Below, one piece after another: positions 9,719 to 20,300 of a DNA stretch of 64,000 nucleotides. The stretch lies in assembly GCA_964016885.1 (NCBI GenBank), contig OZ024744.1, forward strand, positions 9,052,001-9,116,000. The letters are read 5' to 3'. The notes below the pieces were generated by a model. The model was not told where the DNA came from, made no database searches, and worked only from the letters and a program-made list of their open reading frames with translations. The first letter of the stretch is position 1. Each line of letters begins with the position of its first letter. This DNA comes from Eledone cirrhosa (taxonomy: Eukaryota). The position numbers and the translations under genes are program-made.

Positions 9719-12700
9719 ATGGCCATAAGAGTAGGAAGTTTAAATGTTCGTGGCCTGGGGTCGCCCTGGAAGCAAGGTCACTTGTTCAACGACCTCAGGT
9801 CACTAGGAATGGATGTAATTGCCATCAGCGAGACCAGAATTTCCGACACACGCGCACTGGCGCCGATTTTCGACGATTATCAGATCTTTGCATCTGTTAG
9901 TCGGCCGGGAATGGGAGGTGGAGTGGCTGTGCTGTTTAGGAAATGTCTGGATCTCGAGGTAAGGTCAATCTTCCGGGATCCTGACGGAAAGTTGGTGGTC
10001 CTGGACGTGAGCAATAGCGAAGGTGGTGCCTTTAGACTGGTGGCCGTCTACGCCCCTACTGGGGCCGGTCGGCCGGACTTCTTTAGGCGCCTGGAAAACT
10101 TTCTGCTTACGTCTCGCCCTTTACTGTTAATAGGGGATTGGAATGGCATCTTAGAAGCACGCTGGGATTGTGTGGGAGTATCTGATAGGAGCGGGGGGTG
10201 CAAAAGCCTCAAGTACCTGATCAGCCAGTTTCAACTGTCTGACAGGTACCGACTAGATTTCCCTAATGCGCAGGTATGGACCTGGACCAATCGCATAGGG
10301 TCATCTAGATCGTACATAGATAGGATTTTCATTAGGAAAAGAGATAGAAATAGTGTAGGATGTCCACATTTTAAAACGGTTGCCTATTCAGATCACAAGC
10401 TTGTGATCTGTATGGTCGACCTAGATAAGACACGTAGGTTAGGACCTAGCTACTGGAAGCTAAACATGTCGTTTCCGGCACGTAAAGCTTACAGGGACCG
10501 GGTCAACAACTTAGTTAAGCAAAAGTTGACAGGGGGGGTTGTCAACAACAGGTGGTGGGGGGCTCTCAAAAGAGAGATTAGAGCAACCTCGATAGGATTT
10601 AGCAAAGAAGTAGCAATAGAGAAAAATAGAAAGGAGGAAGGGCTGATAGCTAAGTTAGACGAGGCTATTTGTAGTGGCATTGCAACAGACGTGCTAGCGG
10701 CGAGAATGGCACTAGACCATTTCTTCAATGCGAAACACGAAGGTTGCATTGTCAGAGCTAAGGCGCGTGCTCTGAGGAACGAGGGAACCAAAGCTGCCCG
10801 ATGGGCTCGCTTTGCAGAGACGCAGCGTGGAAATAAAACCACAATTCGGTCTTTGACGGATCGAGATGGACACGAACTGAGCGATTCCAAGCAGATGTGT
10901 GAGGCCTTTCGCCAGCACTTTGCTCGATTGTTCGGGAGGATGGGTGAGTCGGAGACGGCGGCGGACTTCAGTCCCTACCTCGACGGCTTGCCACGCCTCT
11001 CGACGGCCGACGCTGAGCGCTGCGAAGAGCCGATAACATCAGTCGAAATTCAGGACGCCCTTGTCGGCTGCTCGAGTCGCAAGTCACCCGGTTTGGATGG
11101 TCTGCCCTACGAGCTTTACGTAAATATGCCAGACTTGTTCTCCGATCTCCTCGAAGCGCTCTACTGCAACTGGCAGCAGAACGGGAGCATTCCCAGTTCT
11201 GTGAGCCGTGGCGTAGTGACGCTGATAAGGAAATACGAGAACAAGAGGGACACACTAGATAATTTCAGGCCCATAACCCTGCTCAACACAGAGTTTAAGA
11301 TTTTGGCCAAGGTGTTAGCGAAAAGGTTGGCGCTTGTCGTCAAAGATTTGGTTGGGGAGGCGCAAACTTGCGCAATCCCGACCAGGTCCATACACGACAA
11401 CCTCCACCTCATGCGATACATCATAGAGAGGGTTGGGTGCAAACCTGGCTTCGGTGGGGCTCTGATCAATTTAGATCAATCGAAAGCATTCGATAGGGTT
11501 GACCATCGGTACTTGGAGGCTGTCCTCGAGGCGGCTGGCTTCGGCCCCGTCTTCAGAAGCTGGATCGCTGCAATGTACAGCGGCATCTGCTCGGTGGTCA
11601 AAGTTAATGGCCACCTCTCGGAACCGTTTCAGATCTCTCGATCGGTCCGTCAAGGGTGCCCTCTCTCCTCACTTCTGTACGTATTGACTCTTGAGCCTCT
11701 ACTGCGGAAGCTGGAGTTGTTGCAGGGCATCCCGCTCGAACCGGGACGTAGAAAGGCTGCGTCCGCTTATGCGGACGACATCACCGTGATGGTGTCGGAC
11801 ACCTCGGAAATCGAGGTGATCCGCACCCATTTGGAGGAATATGAAAGGTTGACGGGAGCAAAACTTAACCCGGAAAAGTCGGTGGGCTTGCAGCTCGGCA
11901 CCTGGAGAGGCAAGTCCATGCTGTCCAACAGCGCCGTTGGGCGCTGGACAGACGGACCGGTAAAGTTGCTCGGGGTTTGGTTCGGACCAGACCTCCAGGT
12001 GGATAAGAATTGGGACGAGGTGACGAGCAGGATAGCCAACCTCACCCAGAAATGGGCTGAGAGAAAGCTATCACTGAAAGGGCGGGCGGAGGTGGCGAAC
12101 GCGTACATCGCGTCCGTCATCTACTACCGCCTGACCGTCGTGCCTTTCCCCCGTCCACGCCTCGCCAATTTGGAACGGCTCCTTTTCAAATTTTTGTGGA
12201 GGGGACGGGTCCCGTTGGTGAGGCGGTCCATCTGCTGCCAGCACCCTCTTCGTGGAGGGCTGGGCATGCCGTGGCTAATGATGCGCAGACATGCGCTGAG
12301 GCTGCGACATCTCCAGATATTTTGCCTAAACAGTGAACAGGTGTGGTCGCCGTTTGTTAGGCGGGCCTTTCCGCAGCTCATCTCTTTGACTGAGCTGCAG
12401 TCCTGGGTCAAGAAGAGACCGAGACTGGGCGACTGGCATCTGGAATGTTGCCAGGCGCTCACTGCACTCTGCAAGGTGGGCAATGCGGTCAGTGGAACTT
12501 CCACTCAAGATTTCTATAGAGGATTAGTGGAGGGCAAGTACGATGACGTACTAGGAGAGGCTCTAGGCGTCAACGAAGTAAAACTGACCAGTATGTTCCG
12601 GAGGACTTTCGAGCCGAGGACGATGGATAACTTCCAGAAATCCCTCGCTTGGCATTGCTACCGGGGGGCGCTGCCGGTTCGGGATAAACTCTACAGGCAT

Positions 12701-13135
12701 GGAAGTGCTGTCAGACGAACCTGCCCGAGATGCGCGCAGAGCGACGAAACCGTTCTGCACGCACTCGTCCAGTGTCCGTGCATTGCTGACTTGTGGGGTT
12801 ATGTCGAACAGCTATTGTCGCGTGTAGAACGGATCCGGCTATCGTCCGAGTCCATAGTGAAGATTGACCCGCCGCCTTCTTTTGGTCAGGAAGGGCAGGC
12901 AATTTTCCTCTGCCTGGTGGCAGTAGCGAAAGAGGTTGCATGGTGGACCAGGTTGAAAGGACTGAAGACAGACACTTTTCTCTTCGGCCAATCCCTCATC
13001 AACTTCAAGTTTCACTTGGAAAGGAAGGTGAGGGTGGAGAGAGAAGTGCTGCCCCCCAGTACATTTACTGAAAGGTGGGTGAATGTGGCGATAATGGCCC
13101 GCGTGAGTGGGCCTACTCTGATCATGCGCCTGTAG
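9719..13135 (+). CDS. ORF2 of copy C: APE endonuclease + reverse transcriptase + zinc finger, intact
   Basis: 1138 aa. SLNVRGL, GDWN, SDH, QGCPLS, YADD, CPRC...HALVQCP. Colinear with ORF2 of B. Confidence 0.95.
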   Translation: MAIRVGSLNVRGLGSPWKQGHLFNDLRSLGMDVIAISETRISDTRALAPIFDDYQIFASVSRPGMGGGVAVLFRKCLDLEVRSIFRDPDGKLVVLDVSNSEGGAFRLVAVYAPTGAGRPDFFRRLENFLLTSRPLLLIGDWNGILEARWDCVGVSDRSGGCKSLKYLISQFQLSDRYRLDFPNAQVWTWTNRIGSSRSYIDRIFIRKRDRNSVGCPHFKTVAYSDHKLVICMVDLDKTRRLGPSYWKLNMSFPARKAYRDRVNNLVKQKLTGGVVNNRWWGALKREIRATSIGFSKEVAIEKNRKEEGLIAKLDEAICSGIATDVLAARMALDHFFNAKHEGCIVRAKARALRNEGTKAARWARFAETQRGNKTTIRSLTDRDGHELSDSKQMCEAFRQHFARLFGRMGESETAADFSPYLDGLPRLSTADAERCEEPITSVEIQDALVGCSSRKSPGLDGLPYELYVNMPDLFSDLLEALYCNWQQNGSIPSSVSRGVVTLIRKYENKRDTLDNFRPITLLNTEFKILAKVLAKRLALVVKDLVGEAQTCAIPTRSIHDNLHLMRYIIERVGCKPGFGGALINLDQSKAFDRVDHRYLEAVLEAAGFGPVFRSWIAAMYSGICSVVKVNGHLSEPFQISRSVRQGCPLSSLLYVLTLEPLLRKLELLQGIPLEPGRRKAASAYADDITVMVSDTSEIEVIRTHLEEYERLTGAKLNPEKSVGLQLGTWRGKSMLSNSAVGRWTDGPVKLLGVWFGPDLQVDKNWDEVTSRIANLTQKWAERKLSLKGRAEVANAYIASVIYYRLTVVPFPRPRLANLERLLFKFLWRGRVPLVRRSICCQHPLRGGLGMPWLMMRRHALRLRHLQIFCLNSEQVWSPFVRRAFPQLISLTELQSWVKKRPRLGDWHLECCQALTALCKVGNAVSGTSTQDFYRGLVEGKYDDVLGEALGVNEVKLTSMFRRTFEPRTMDNFQKSLAWHCYRGALPVRDKLYRHGSAVRRTCPRCAQSDETVLHALVQCPCIADLWGYVEQLLSRVERIRLSSESIVKIDPPPSFGQEGQAIFLCLVAVAKEVAWWTRLKGLKTDTFLFGQSLINFKFHLERKVRVEREVLPPSTFTERWVNVAIMARVSGPTLIMRL

Positions 13136-13554
13136 GCTGGTGAATTCGAGAAGGAGAGGGGTGCCCTTCCCGGGTGCCCTAGGAGCGTCGGGTGGCTCAG
13201 GACTGGTGGGGTGCTTGAGTCAACCCTGGGTGGTGATCCCTCTTATTGGGGAACTTTCATTGTTGTATTTTTATTGTTATTTTGTTTTTTTGTTATTTAT
13301 ACTTACTCGATCTCTATGTAAACCCCCACTGTCCCTGTCTATTGTGTTGTCCCCTATATGTCGGCCCTTGTGGCCAATAAATGAAATCATTATTATTATT
13401 ATTAATATTTTTATTATTTTATTTTTATTATAAATTTTGCCGTCTTGTATCACTGTCAACTTAATAATATTTTTTATATTTTTTTTATTTTCTCAATCCT
13501 TATTTTTTATTTGCTTATTTGTATGTGACGGCCTACTATGATTATTTATTCTTA

Positions 13555-13712
13555 TTTATGTGTGTGCACATGTATCCTTTTATATGTGAGTACGTATGCA
13601 TGTGTGTATATATGTGTGTATGTATGTGTGTGTGTATGTATGTATGTGTATGTATATATATGTATATATATGCATATATATATGTATGTGTGTGCATATA
13701 TATATATATATT

Positions 13713-13761
<49 letters not shown>

Positions 13762-13892
13762 GTGTGTGTTGGTGTGTTTATGTATGGATATATATACATA
13801 TGTATTTGTGTGTGTCTCTGTGTCTCTGTGTATATATGTATGTGTATATATGCGTGTATATATGTATGTATATATGTATGTATATATGTATG
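13555..13892. repeat. Compound (TA)n/(TG)n/(TATG)n microsatellite
   Basis: Directly visible dinucleotide and tetranucleotide runs. Confidence 0.95.
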
Positions 13893-13937
13893 AAAAACAT
13901 GAGAAGAAAGAAGAATACTGCGTGGTTGCACATGGGT

Positions 13938-14195
13938 TACATATGAAAAAATTAGTCCCTCGTCAGCGATTTGCCAACCATCATTGATAGTTCATCGCAT
14001 TAAAAATCATATACCTCAGGTTGGTGCGAGCAATAACTAAAAAAAGCTATTGGGACAAGTAAATCGCGATTTACTTGTCCCAATAGCTTTTTTTAGTTAT
14101 TGCTCGCACCAACCTGAGGTATATGATTTTTAATGCGATGAACTATCAATGATGGTTGGCAAATCGCTGACGAGGGACTAATTTTTTCATATGTA
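13938..14195. repeat. Perfect 258-bp palindrome (129-bp arms, no spacer)
   Basis: Centre aaatcg|cgattt at 14066/14067. Arms read as exact reverse complements out to 13938/14195. Confidence 0.93.
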
Positions 14196-14272
14196 TGTAT
14201 ATATGTATATATGTATATATGTGTGTATATGTGAGTGTGTGTGCGTGTGTGCGTGTGTGTGTACGTGTGTGT
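14196..14272. repeat. (TA)/(TG) microsatellite
   Basis: Directly visible. Confidence 0.9.
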
Positions 14273-14492
14273 TGTTATATATCCTTATTTATTATTCTTC
14301 CCCTTTTTTCCCCCGGCCTCACTTTCATATCTGTTATACTTTTGTTTTTCATATCCACTGTGATAAAGACACCAGGATTTTTTCATTCTGGTGAATGAGG
14401 CAATTTTGGTTGCTTTCAAGAAAGCACTGGTAAATGAAATAATTATCTTTGGTGCGTTATGGTCCACCTGGTTCCTTACCACATTTCCTTCG

Positions 14493-14493
<1 letters not shown>

Positions 14494-14558
<65 letters not shown>
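14494..14558. repeat. (TA)n(GA)n microsatellite
   Basis: Directly visible. Confidence 0.95.
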
Positions 14559-14559
<1 letters not shown>

Positions 14560-14667
14560 TATGAAAATAGGGAGAAAAAGACGATTATTATTCCTATTAT
14601 TTTTTTCTCTTTTTTCTGGGTTAGAAAATGTTTAATAATAATCGTCTTTTTCTCCCTATTTTCATAT
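14559..14667. repeat. 34-bp inverted repeat pair with 41-bp spacer (MITE-like foldback)
   Basis: atatgaaaatagggagaaaaagacgattattatt (14559-14592) and its reverse complement (14634-14667), embedded in TA/GA repeats. Confidence 0.8.
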
Positions 14668-14741
14668 ATATATATATTTCAACTTGTGTGCTCCTTCTCC
14701 ATATTTTATAATTATGATATATATATACATATATATATATA

Positions 14742-15219
14742 TCTAAACTATAATAAAGTAAGGAGCACGGGACTGTTTATGGTTTACAATTATTTTATCC
14801 CGTTAGTAAAATAAGTTGGATTACTTTGAATAAATAATGAATGAATATTACATAACTTATCTACTAAATTTCGTGGCTGTTGATTAAATATATTTTGTTT
14901 ATTTAAAGATTCACTTCTTTAAAATGTATGAAATATCAACACTTTTGGTGGCTCTCGTTTAAATAAACATACTAATTTTCTGTCACTAATTTTCTCCTAA
15001 TGCAGTTTATATATAATATCGTCTTTTTTAATGTATCATGGATTACGTTACTTATTACATAAAACAGTGTAACGCAGTCTTCGTTCAATTTCTACGTATA
15101 TTGTCAATTACGATTTTATTTGATGTAACATATCTACATGTATATATACTTGCGTATAATATCAATATACACACCACACATGCTAGCAGAAAACCAACCG
15201 TGGGATGGTTTTCTGCTAG
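14742..15219 (+). mobile_element. Putative non-autonomous Helitron (~478 bp)
   Basis: A|TCTAAACTATAATAAAG start. Terminal hairpin ctagcagaaaacca...tggttttctgctag (15183-15219) ending CTAG|T, matching Helitron TC...CTRR termini at an A|T site. Confidence 0.6.
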
Positions 15220-15632
15220 TAGATATAAATATATATATATGGGATAACAAATTATCGTTATAGGTAATCCAGTTATAGGTAATTCGCTTTATCATAACTT
15301 CCAATTTATTAATTTATTAATTTAACCCAAACATATATGTAAATATTTAGGTATACCGGCATTTTATCTTTTCAGGAATCCCCCCAACACTCCAGTGCAA
15401 AGATACCGCACGCCCTCTCAAGTCGGCGAGGTGGGCAGGCGGGGCGAGTTAACGTGCTCTGATGTTGGGTTTGTATAGTTTTTACGATTCCCCAGTTCAG
15501 CAGCCAGTACGTTAAAGAAAATTGATAGTTACAACAATAAAGGCTAAACAGAGAACACATTTTTTAACAAACAATAATTTCTATAATTTGTACAACCATA
15601 ATGGAAATTCCAAGTAACAGAAAATATTCAAG

Positions 15633-15755
15633 TTACATTGTTAGAACCTCAGAGTATACAATATTTTTTGTCCGGCCCTCTGGAGCAAAGATGTAGAGAT
15701 TGTTTGGCGTACTCATCCTAGAACATCCTACATACAATTGACCATGGGAAAAGCA
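15633..15755 (-). pseudogene. Helitron Pif1-family helicase extreme C-terminus fragment
   Basis: Manual translation CFSHGQLYVGCSRMSTPNNLYIFAPEGRTKNIVYSEVLTM*, the FSHGQLYVAxSR...TxNIVYxEVL signature. Confidence 0.88.
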
Positions 15756-15759
15756 TTGA

Positions 15760-16220
15760 TCTCGTAGCTCGTCTCGCGGAGAAGCCCTGTAGACGTTGAC
15801 CTCTGGACACTCCAGTCAGGAGCAGGTAAGCTGTAGTGACTTAGAGGCCTACCACCAATCTCCAGGACACTGTTTTCAAGGCAATTGAGCGCCTCATTGA
15901 AAACGACATCGTATATTACGTTTGGATTGTGTCTATGTGTGCGGTGGAGGATGTCCTCAGATAGTCTTTCACGGTAGTTGTTCCACAGTGCGAGAGGGTC
16001 GGCGAGATCGCAGTTGTGCAGCATAATAGCAAAAACGTTTACGCAGCTGAGAAGGGACTTTAGCAGTTGCTGCTTCTTTCAGGGTGAGGTGCCAATGGCT
16101 GTCATCGTGTAACATACCACGCATCTGGCAAGCCAAACGGTAAGTGGAACATTGATGGCCATTGATGGTTCTCAGATCTTGGAAAGACTGTGGTCCTCTA
16201 ACCTCGAACAATAACAATGA
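15760..16220 (-). pseudogene. Helitron RepHel fragment (region between Rep and helicase domains), frameshifted
   Basis: LLLFEVRGPQSFQDLRTINGHQCSTYRLACQMRGMLHDDSHWHLTLKEA...QLR, then (frame change ~16030) MLHNCDLADPLALWNNYRERLSEDIL...LSHYSLPAP, a typical RepHel motif string. Confidence 0.88.
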
Positions 16221-17044
16221 CGATAAGCCGTCTGTTTTTCGTGAAATAAATAGGTTTTTGTTTTTGTTTATGCAAAAATATCTGTACACGAATATATATA
16301 TTAAAATAACAGATTAAAGTTTAAGCAAAGAATCGGTGCTTTCACCTTTAACGGGATCTTCTGAACTAAAAAAAATCCGTCTGTGAACGCAGAAGTAAAT
16401 ATTTCGAACAACGTTATCTCATGCAGACAGTCAGACATACAGACTAAGAAAAAGAGGGGAATATTGTGCGACGTCATAAGAAAAAGTGAGGAAGGACGTA
16501 AAACCGGAGGTGTTGACATTTGAAATTTTAAAGAAGTGAATATTTAAATAATGTCTTTAATCTTTTAACAAAAATTCAGTAGACAAAAATACCCTCACTT
16601 TTTTATTTGGAAAAAGTTACATCTATGGTGCAAATGTGGTGCTGTTTCGTCCAGCCGTTTGGCGGAAAGTGTGTTAGCTATATACGGCTATCAGCTTTAT
16701 AGTATAGATTATTTATTTATTATTTTTTCTTTATCTTTTATCTTTTTTCTTTTTTCTCTTTTCTTTTTGCTTCTTTATTTTTCTCTCTCTCTCTCTTTTT
16801 CTTTTTTTCTTTTTCTTTCTCTATTACTGATGTTGTGATTTGAATTTTCCTAGTACATTACAAACGCCGTGTATAATTTTAATCAGTTTTTCTGATGATT
16901 TGGTTAAGCATACATTGTATTTAAAATTGAATGACATAACTTCAAGTAATTAGCAATTTTTAGACAACTTGATCAATGAAACAATTGTTAATACTGTAAA
17001 TAAAACCCCTTTTTGTACTGTTGACCATGTTATTCTTCACTCTT

Positions 17045-17048
<4 letters not shown>

Positions 17049-17118
<70 letters not shown>
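17049..17118. repeat. (TA)n(TG)n microsatellite
   Basis: Directly visible. Confidence 0.95.
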
Positions 17119-17292
17119 AAAAATATGGGTGAGAAGAATACTGCTGGTTGCACATGGATAACATGTTATAAAATGAGTCCCTCATCAGTGATTTACCAAA
17201 CGATCATGGGTATTTCATCGCATTAAAAATCATATACCTCACGTTGGAGCGATAATAACTAAAATAAGTTATTAGGACAATAGAAACGCGTA
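17117..17292. repeat. Diverged copy of the dispersed repeat at 13890-14068
   Basis: Shares aagaatactg..tggttgcacatgg, agtccctc.tcag, ttcatcgcattaaaaatcatatacctca, aataactaaaa with the left palindrome arm and its flank. Both follow TA/TG microsatellites. Confidence 0.85.
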
Positions 17293-17392
17293 AAGCGAGT
17301 GAGACAAGTAAACAATACAGGGGGAAGCTAACCGAAGATGGAAATAAACACAAGCAACATAGTTATTCTTTCAGCATAAGCTGTGTGAATAT

Positions 17393-20300
17393 ATGAGCAA
17401 GTCAGAAACAGACCTATCGCTAGTGAATCCGGTGTTAGAAAGAATGAAAACCGTTTTCCCAGCGAACGGTAGGAAGAAAGAAGGGGAGAAACAGGGACTG
17501 AGTGAGTGGGAGTGCGAGGAAGAGGTCAGTAGAGAGAAAGAGTTAACTGGCATGGCAGAGGGGAAATATATATATCTATATATGTCACTCTGTCAAGAGG
17601 ACCAAATTTCAAACCCAACATCTGTAATGTCTACAACAACAACAACAGCGGCACCAATGTCTACAACAACAACAACAGCGGCACCAATGTCTACAACAAC
17701 AACAACAACAGCGGCACCAATATCTACAACAACAACAACAGCGGCACCAATATCTACAACGACAACAACAGCGGCACCAATGTCTACAACAACAACAACA
17801 GCGGCACCAATGTCTACAACAACAACAACAACAGCGGCACCAATGTCTACAACAACAACAACAACAGCGGCACCAATGTCTACAACAACAACAACAGCGG
17901 CACCAATGTCTACAACAACAACAACAACAGCGGCACCAAAGTCTACAGCAACAACAACACCGGCACCAATGTCTACAACAACAACAACAGCGGCACCAAT
18001 GTCTACAACAACAACAACACCGGCGCCAATGTCTACAACAACAACAACAGCGGCACCAATGTCTACAACAACAACAACAACACCGGCACCAATGTCTACA
18101 ACAACAACAACAGCGGCACCAATGTCTACAACAACAACAACAACACCGGCACCAATGTCTACAACAACAACAACAGCGGCACCAATGTCTACAACAACAA
18201 CAACAGCGGCACCGATGTCTACAACAACAGCACCGGCACCAATGTCTACAACAACAACAACAGCGGCAGCAACGTCTACAACAAGAACAGCGGCACCAAT
18301 GTCTACAACAACAACAACAACAGGGGCACCAATTTCTACAACAACAACAACAGCGGCACCAATGTCTATAACAACAACAACACCGGCATCAATGTCTACA
18401 ACAACAACAACAACGGCACCAATGTCTACAACAACAACAACAACAGCGGCACCAATGTCTAAAACAACAACAGCGGCACCAATGTCTACAACAACAACAA
18501 CAGCGGCACCAATGTCTACAACAACAACAACAGCGGCACCAACGTCTACAACAACAACAACACCGGCACCAATGTCTACAACAACAACAACAGCGGCACC
18601 AATGTCTACAACAACAACAACAACTCCGGCACCAATGTCTACAACAACAACAACAACACCGGCACCAATGTCTACAACAACAACAACAGCGGCACCAATG
18701 TCTACAACAACAACAACAACACCGACACCAATGTCTACAACAACAACAACAACACCGACACCAATGTCTACAACAACAACAACAGCGGCACCAATGTCTA
18801 CAACAACAACAACACCGGCACCTATGTCTACAACAAAAACAACAGCGGCACCAATGTCTACAACAACAACAACAACAACAACAGCGGCACCAATGTCTAC
18901 AACAACAACAACACCGGCACCTATGTCTACAACAACAACAACAGCGGCACCAATGTCTACAACAACAACAACAACAGCGGCACCAACGTCTACAACAACA
19001 ACAACAACAGCGGCACCAATATCTACAACAACAACAACAGCGGCACCAATGTCTACAACAACAACAACACCGGCACCAATGTCTACAACAACAACAACAG
19101 CGGCACCAATGTCTACAACAACAACAACAGCGGCACCAATGTCTACAACAACAACAACAGCGGCACCGATGTATACAACAACAACAACAGCGGCACCAAT
19201 GTCTACAACAACAACAACAACGGCGGCACCAATATCTACAACAACAACAACAACAGCGGCACCAATGTCTACAACAACAACAACACCGGCACCAATGTCT
19301 ACAACAACAACAACAACGGCGGCACCAATATCTACAACAACAACAACAACAGCGGCACCAATGTCTACAACAACAACAACAGCGGCACCAATGTCTACAA
19401 CAACAACAACAGCGGCACCAATGTCTACAACAACAACAGTGGCACCAATGTCTACAACAACAACAACAACAGCGGCACCAATGTCTACAACAACAACAGC
19501 GGCACCAATGTCTACAACAACAACAACACCGGCACCAATGTCTACAACAACAACAACAGCGGCACCAATGTCTACAACAACAACAACAGCGGCACCAATG
19601 TCTACAACAACAACAACAGCGGCACCGATGTATACAACAACAACAACAGCGGCACCAATGTCTACAACAACAACAACAACGGCGGCACCAATATCTACAA
19701 CAACAACAACAACAGCGGCACCAATGTCTACAACAACAACAACACCGGCACCAATGTCTACAACAACAACAACAACGGCGGCACCAATAATTACAACAAC
19801 AACAACAACAGCGGCACCAATGTCTACAACAACAACAACAGCGGCACCAATGTCTACAACAACAACAACAGCGGCACCAATGTCTACAACAACAACAGTG
19901 GCACCAATGTCTACAACAAAAACAACAACAGCGGCACCAATGTCTACAACAACAACAACAGCGGCACCAATGTCTACAACAACAACAGTGGCACCAATGT
20001 CTACAACAACAACAACAACAGCGGCACCAATGTCTACAACAACAACAACAACAGCGGCACCAATGTCTACAACAACAACAACAACAGCGGCACCAATGTC
20101 TACAACAACAACAACACCGGCACCAATGTCTACAACAACAACAACAACAGTGGCACCAATGTCTACAACAACAACAACAACAGCGGCACCAATGTCTACA
20201 ACAACAACAACACCGGCACCAATGTCTACAACAACAACAACAGCGGCACCAATGTCTACAACAACAACAACAGCGGCACCAATGTCTACAACAACTACAA

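Larger units (their letters stand above)
7564..13403 (+). mobile_element. L1/Tx1-like non-LTR retrotransposon copy C, a different subfamily, apparently full length (~5.84 kb)
   Basis: Starts directly after the tail of B. Same architecture but diverged 5' UTR, ORF1 and 3' UTR. Ends CCCTTGTGGCCAATAAATGAAATC(ATT)5. Confidence 0.93.
15480..16708 (-). mobile_element. Internally deleted Helitron (3' boundary uncertain)
   Basis: Minus-strand 5' end A|TCTATACTATAAAG at 16708. Contains RepHel coding remnants. No clear 3' CTRR end found. Confidence 0.7.

Noticed and set aside
1847-12941. Numerous antisense and alternate-frame ORFs inside the retrotransposons
   Set aside because: Shadows of ORF1/ORF2 and their low-complexity tracts, with no independent motifs.
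13519-14814. ORFs rich in Y/I/C/V/M or H/T/Y
   Set aside because: Translations of TA/TG/GA microsatellites.
17393-17625. Unique N-terminus of the 3318-aa ORF as a secreted mucin leader
   Set aside because: No hydrophobic signal peptide. It runs through GA-rich and TA-repeat sequence that looks non-coding.
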